Source: an uncultured archaeon (GTDB taxonomy: Archaea > Thermoplasmatota > Thermoplasmata > Thermoplasmatales > Thermoplasmataceae). From it: a stretch of DNA of 64,000 nt. The position numbers and the translations under genes were made by a program. Under the pieces are notes generated by a model. It was not told the origin of the DNA. It saw nothing but the letters and a program-made list of their open reading frames with translations, and did no database searches. The stretch covers positions 1,056,001 through 1,120,000 of the forward strand of contig CP009479.1 in assembly GCA_000965745.1 (NCBI GenBank), given 5' to 3'. This document shows, piece after piece, positions 59,998 to 64,000 of the stretch (the stretch's first letter is position 1; each line of letters starts with the position of its first letter).

Positions 59998-62655
59998 TCA
60001 CAGAGAGTTAAGCACACTCCCTATGCTCTTCAATTTATCGAATGAATACATAACATCGTTTCTAAACTCCACAGATCTATTTTTTCGATTTAGGCCATTA
60101 AAGAGGCTAAGTTCAAAGTTTTCAAGCACTCTTTTTTCATCGGCTAAGGAAACCCTGTGAATCAGCTTACAAAGTGAGGAAAGGGAGTTTACAGAGAAGT
60201 GTTTCCGTATTGCATTGTCCAATTTCTCCTTTTCTTCATTGGATAAATGACTCAAAACCCCCAATGTGTACCCATCTTTTTTCCCTTTTTGACACAGCAA
60301 GTCTATCAAGTTAATGCGATCAATGGCCCGTATTATAATTGTCTTTACCGAAAGTTGGCTGCTCTCTTGACCTGATAGGGATGCGAGTATGCTGATTTTC
60401 TCGGCAGATGGGAAGTTTTCTCCTTTAATCAGTTTTCCAATGACGTCTACAACAGAGCTGTCATCTCTGACTCCAACAATTCTGGTAAAGCTCCTTGAAG
60501 GGACAAATCTGTAAAGATTCAGCGTTGTTGTGTTGTAAATGTCTTCGTGCCCATCACGCAAGCATTCCTCCCTGTAGATTTTATCAAATCTCTCAGAGAA
60601 CTCCTCAAAAGTCTCTTCTCTTGGTATCATTCCAAACCTAGTGTGCTCTCCGCTTCCCTGCTCCATCATTATATTGTTTTCTCTTCCAATTTTGTCTACT
60701 AAGGGTATCACATTTCCTTTACTGTTTGCATCTTTCGTCAAAATAAATGCGCTAACCGTTCCATAGTCCAGTAGACTCTGTATATTAGATCCTAGAAGTC
60801 CATCTTCGAGTAACTCCTTGACGGACTGTTTAAAAATTTCCAGAGATGAAACATCACTTATCTTATGATTTATCGCTTTTACATCCCTTCTTATTGAATC
60901 CATCATATAGCTGTCAAGACTTGTAATACTTGTGTACAAAACCCCCACAGACATTTTCTCTTTAAACGGTAGGAAGTACCTGTCATTTCTTGCAGCTGAA
61001 TTGTCATATGTAGAAATTGCAGAAAATATTGTTTTATCAAGATCTTGCGATGAGACGCGTTCGGTATCTGATAGAACTGCGTACTCATAAAGAATTCCAA
61101 CAGTATCCTCGTGCGAAGAGAATTTCATGCATAGCGAATTGAGTATGGGACTTTGTATTCTGAATAGATGTAATATCAGAAGGCTTTCACTAATTATGTT
61201 TGCAAAATTTGGAAGTTCACTAAGATAGGCACTCTTCAAAATGTCATATTCCTGTGTTATCTCGACCGCCAGAGCGACAACTCGTTCCAAGTGATCTGTT
61301 ATCGAGTTGCACAGGTTGAAAATGTCATTGGTGTTTATCATTTCACTTTTTGGCACTGCTCCAATCCTCTTCAAGAATTTTTGATAGTCTTTCGCAAATG
61401 ACAAAACTTCTTCAAAGCTGGAAATCCTGACCTGAAATGTTTCAGGGGAGAAAGTGTGCACACCTTTTAGTATCTCAACCAGTTCTTGGGGACTTGAACT
61501 ACTACGTATCACTCCTTCTTTCAGCATAACTTCGCATAACCTTTGGAGAAAGTCTTCATTTTTCTTTAACTGATTCCACCTCGAATCTGTTACAGATAAA
61601 GGAATAAAAGAAAGTAGGAAGTATTCTACTACCCGTTCTTCTGTTCCACAAAGTTTAGAGAGACGTTTCACGTATTCCGACTTCAATTCCGAAATTCCGC
61701 GATATTGGATTCCCCCGTCTAAGCTCCCAATTTTCCTGTTTGGAAAATAAGTCTGGATCAAATTGTTGATTGAAGATTTCAGCTTTCTAATCTCGATATT
61801 CTCCTCAATTAGTGAAGAATGCAGTAACTCCAAATCAAAAGCTGTCATCCTAGACATTATTGCTTTTAGTACGCTTTTTTCGAAGGGGATATCATACTCA
61901 AGCTTTATTGTTCCAGTATCTACAAGCATTTTCTGTAGATCGAGAAACTTCTCTAGATCGCCCCTGATCTCTCCGTAAATTGTGTGGTTTTGCGGGAATG
62001 GATATTCCAAGTATATGAGCCTGAATATATCCTCAACTATCCCCATTGAGCTTAGTTTTTTGGCCATTTCTTCCATGAGGGCCAGCTCAATATCTGTTGG
62101 GCTCTCAAAAATATCAATTTGATGCTCGATGCCTGGAACTTCCAAGAGCCCATACCTTCTCAATACATGCTTAGTCTTGGATTTGAAGTCTTGGATGAGT
62201 AATTTGTGCTCACCTCTCCTCAGTGTCATGTCAACAAATTTGTCTAATTGCCTCAAGTTGTAGAGCATTGAATTTTTGAACTGTGACCAGCCGCTTCTAA
62301 GGGTGGGTACATCAAAATCTAGAAAGTTGGAATAGATTACTACAAATAATTCTAAAAACAAAGTGACAAGAGTTGCTGTAATTGCGCCTATTAAGTATTT
62401 TCGAAAGAAAAGATATGATACAGTTGTAGCCGCAAATAGAACAATCAATGTTGCTATGTAGAATATTAGGCGGTTTCTATACTCTGCTTTAGCAATATTC
62501 AATGATCTTCCTTTTCTTTCCAGCTCTTCAATAATAGAATCTCCTCTGGCCGAATATTGCTCAAGTTTCGATGGTAAGTCTAAAATTGACTCGTTCTGGT
62601 CGCCATCGGAGACGCCATTCGAACTATCTTCATTATTTCCACTTTCTTGAGTCAT
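59998..62655 (-). CDS. 885-aa hypothetical protein with two N-terminal TM helices
   Basis: Long ORF; hydrophobic segments at about aa 63-84 and 87-109; mainly helical remainder; no recognised catalytic motif. Confidence 0.8.
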   Translation of the reverse strand: MTQESGNNEDSSNGVSDGDQNESILDLPSKLEQYSARGDSIIEELERKGRSLNIAKAEYRNRLIFYIATLIVLFAATTVSYLFFRKYLIGAITATLVTLFLELFVVIYSNFLDFDVPTLRSGWSQFKNSMLYNLRQLDKFVDMTLRRGEHKLLIQDFKSKTKHVLRRYGLLEVPGIEHQIDIFESPTDIELALMEEMAKKLSSMGIVEDIFRLIYLEYPFPQNHTIYGEIRGDLEKFLDLQKMLVDTGTIKLEYDIPFEKSVLKAIMSRMTAFDLELLHSSLIEENIEIRKLKSSINNLIQTYFPNRKIGSLDGGIQYRGISELKSEYVKRLSKLCGTEERVVEYFLLSFIPLSVTDSRWNQLKKNEDFLQRLCEVMLKEGVIRSSSSPQELVEILKGVHTFSPETFQVRISSFEEVLSFAKDYQKFLKRIGAVPKSEMINTNDIFNLCNSITDHLERVVALAVEITQEYDILKSAYLSELPNFANIISESLLILHLFRIQSPILNSLCMKFSSHEDTVGILYEYAVLSDTERVSSQDLDKTIFSAISTYDNSAARNDRYFLPFKEKMSVGVLYTSITSLDSYMMDSIRRDVKAINHKISDVSSLEIFKQSVKELLEDGLLGSNIQSLLDYGTVSAFILTKDANSKGNVIPLVDKIGRENNIMMEQGSGEHTRFGMIPREETFEEFSERFDKIYREECLRDGHEDIYNTTTLNLYRFVPSRSFTRIVGVRDDSSVVDVIGKLIKGENFPSAEKISILASLSGQESSQLSVKTIIIRAIDRINLIDLLCQKGKKDGYTLGVLSHLSNEEKEKLDNAIRKHFSVNSLSSLCKLIHRVSLADEKRVLENFELSLFNGLNRKNRSVEFRNDVMYSFDKLKSIGSVLNSL

Positions 62656-62755
62656 TTTAGTAGATATTTCCTCTTTTCAGTGACAGATTCCTTAATACCA
62701 GGAAATTAGTCGTGAGTGTGAACATTAAGTCCTTCTTGGCTTCACAACATCTTGA

Positions 62756-64000
62756 TTAACTTGAAAGCAGACACCAGCAGACACGCTTAAGAGACAACTC
62801 CTTCCGAGATTCAGGCTCAGGTTTTTCAGACTGCGATAGGATAAGCTTTCTTGCCTTCTCTATGAAATTAGCATCATTTATTGCTTCGTATAATGATTTT
62901 ACTAGTGTTTCTTTGGATGCAACGGTTCTGAACATTAGGGCCAGTTCCTCATCACCTTCACTTATCTTTGTGTAGATTTCTTTCCCTTTCTTGGAAAGGT
63001 TTGGAACAGTTGATGTGGAAGACCTTTTGATTCTATCACTCTCCAAAGAATGATTAGTGTCCTCCTTCAATTTCTTTAGCCTATCAACCAGGTCCTTGTA
63101 TTCAATCTTCTTTCCCGATGAGTCTTTCTCTTTGTCTTTTAACAATATTCCAACGATCTGCCCAGGGTCAGTTATGATGTTTTTTTCGCCCTCGAATCTT
63201 AGTCTCCAATAGTAATTGGCACCATCAGTAAAAAGGCAAAAGAGACCGTCTTTACTGTATTGTTTGAAAGCACCAATTCCTCGAGGAATGGATTTGATTC
63301 TTTCCTCCCCTAGGTCGTCAATTATCTCCATAAGTTGGTCTTTAGGATCATTTGTGAATTGTTCTATTTCCTTTTCCAGTTCGTTTAGCACAGAACTTTT
63401 TCCTTCAGCAATTAGTTTTTGCAAGGTACCAAAATCTTTAGGCTCAGCATCCTCCCCTAGAATGGGTGCATCAATTCCAACAGTATTCTTTATTCCTGAG
63501 ATTTTCCCGTACAGCTTTCTCATTAGATTTATGAAATGCTGCAAAGAATTCGGATCTTCGGCATCATCATTCTCTTGCATGATGTTTATTAGATACACGA
63601 ATTTGTGAACTGACCCCATTCTGTCTATTCTTCCAACCCTCTGTATTAGGACCACTGGATTCCATGGAAAATCATAATTAGCCACATATTGCGCATTTTG
63701 TAGATTTTGTCCCTCACTTAGTACATCTGTACTTATCAGGAGGCCACCATGTTCCTGAAATTGCTCGACGATCTTTGTGGTATCGGAGATTCTCCCCCTG
63801 TGATCCCTGCATATAGTTCCAGACGTAAGATATGTAAGTGGATAAAGATCCTTCAATGAGTTATAGAGTAATTTTGCAGTTGCAGTGTACTGGGTGAATA
63901 TCACAACACCGTTGGGCTCCTTTATTCCTGGAATCAATTCCTTCATTCTTTCCTGAAATTTAATCAGCTTCGCGTCTGTCGGGGGTATTAATTTCAGGAT
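62756..64000 (-). CDS. SNF2-like superfamily 2 helicase, C-terminal part; 5' end lies beyond the window
   Basis: DAKL, VIFTQYTATA, STDVLSEGQNLQ, NYDFPWNPVVLIQRVGRIDRMG; frame stays open to base 64000. Confidence 0.92.
   Translation of the reverse strand: MLKLIPPTDAKLIKFQERMKELIPGIKEPNGVVIFTQYTATAKLLYNSLKDLYPLTYLTSGTICRDHRGRISDTTKIVEQFQEHGGLLISTDVLSEGQNLQNAQYVANYDFPWNPVVLIQRVGRIDRMGSVHKFVYLINIMQENDDAEDPNSLQHFINLMRKLYGKISGIKNTVGIDAPILGEDAEPKDFGTLQKLIAEGKSSVLNELEKEIEQFTNDPKDQLMEIIDDLGEERIKSIPRGIGAFKQYSKDGLFCLFTDGANYYWRLRFEGEKNIITDPGQIVGILLKDKEKDSSGKKIEYKDLVDRLKKLKEDTNHSLESDRIKRSSTSTVPNLSKKGKEIYTKISEGDEELALMFRTVASKETLVKSLYEAINDANFIEKARKLILSQSEKPEPESRKELSLKRVCWCLLSS

Noticed and set aside
234-63608. 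Many antisense or overlapping ORFs in the track (e.g. 26469-27119, 46280-46921, 51163-51750)
   Set aside because: They are shadows of well-supported genes in another frame or on the opposite strand

Overview
Archaeal chromosome segment, very probably Thermoplasmatales (thermosome beta, Rpl15e, RFC-L, Taw1, archaeal MAT, AGR-biased Arg codons). Bases 1-35.4 kb are mostly core genes: pgk-pfdA-ftsY, rpl15e, rfcL, taw1, thsB, ppa, ubiA/ubiD-like, ppdK, coaBC, nfo, tRNA-Ser(TGA) and tRNA-Thr(CGT). A small accessory patch at 5.3-10 kb carries a GNAT, an MFS, an orphan Dam and a post-SET remnant. Everything after tRNA-Thr(CGT) is accessory. First comes a stack of about 2.5-kb integrase-free modules delimited by copies of the tRNA-Thr 3' half (two perfect, one decayed), carrying a secreted protein, a VapBC pair and a DUF998-like gene. 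Next is an IS630 that decapitates a membrane-protein gene, followed by metabolic cargo (orphan MTase, HAD, MFS, MAT, amidase, TspO, GadB). From about 52.7 kb there is an AT-richer integrated element with a tyrosine integrase, an IS3, an IS21 and a candidate defence operon: SNF2-type helicase, 885-aa two-TM protein, HNH nuclease, DGQHR protein. The best leads are that operon, the tRNA-anchored cassette stack, and a GC-rich structured ~90-nt RNA upstream of a GHMP sugar kinase. All calls come from reading motifs by eye; no database searches were run.
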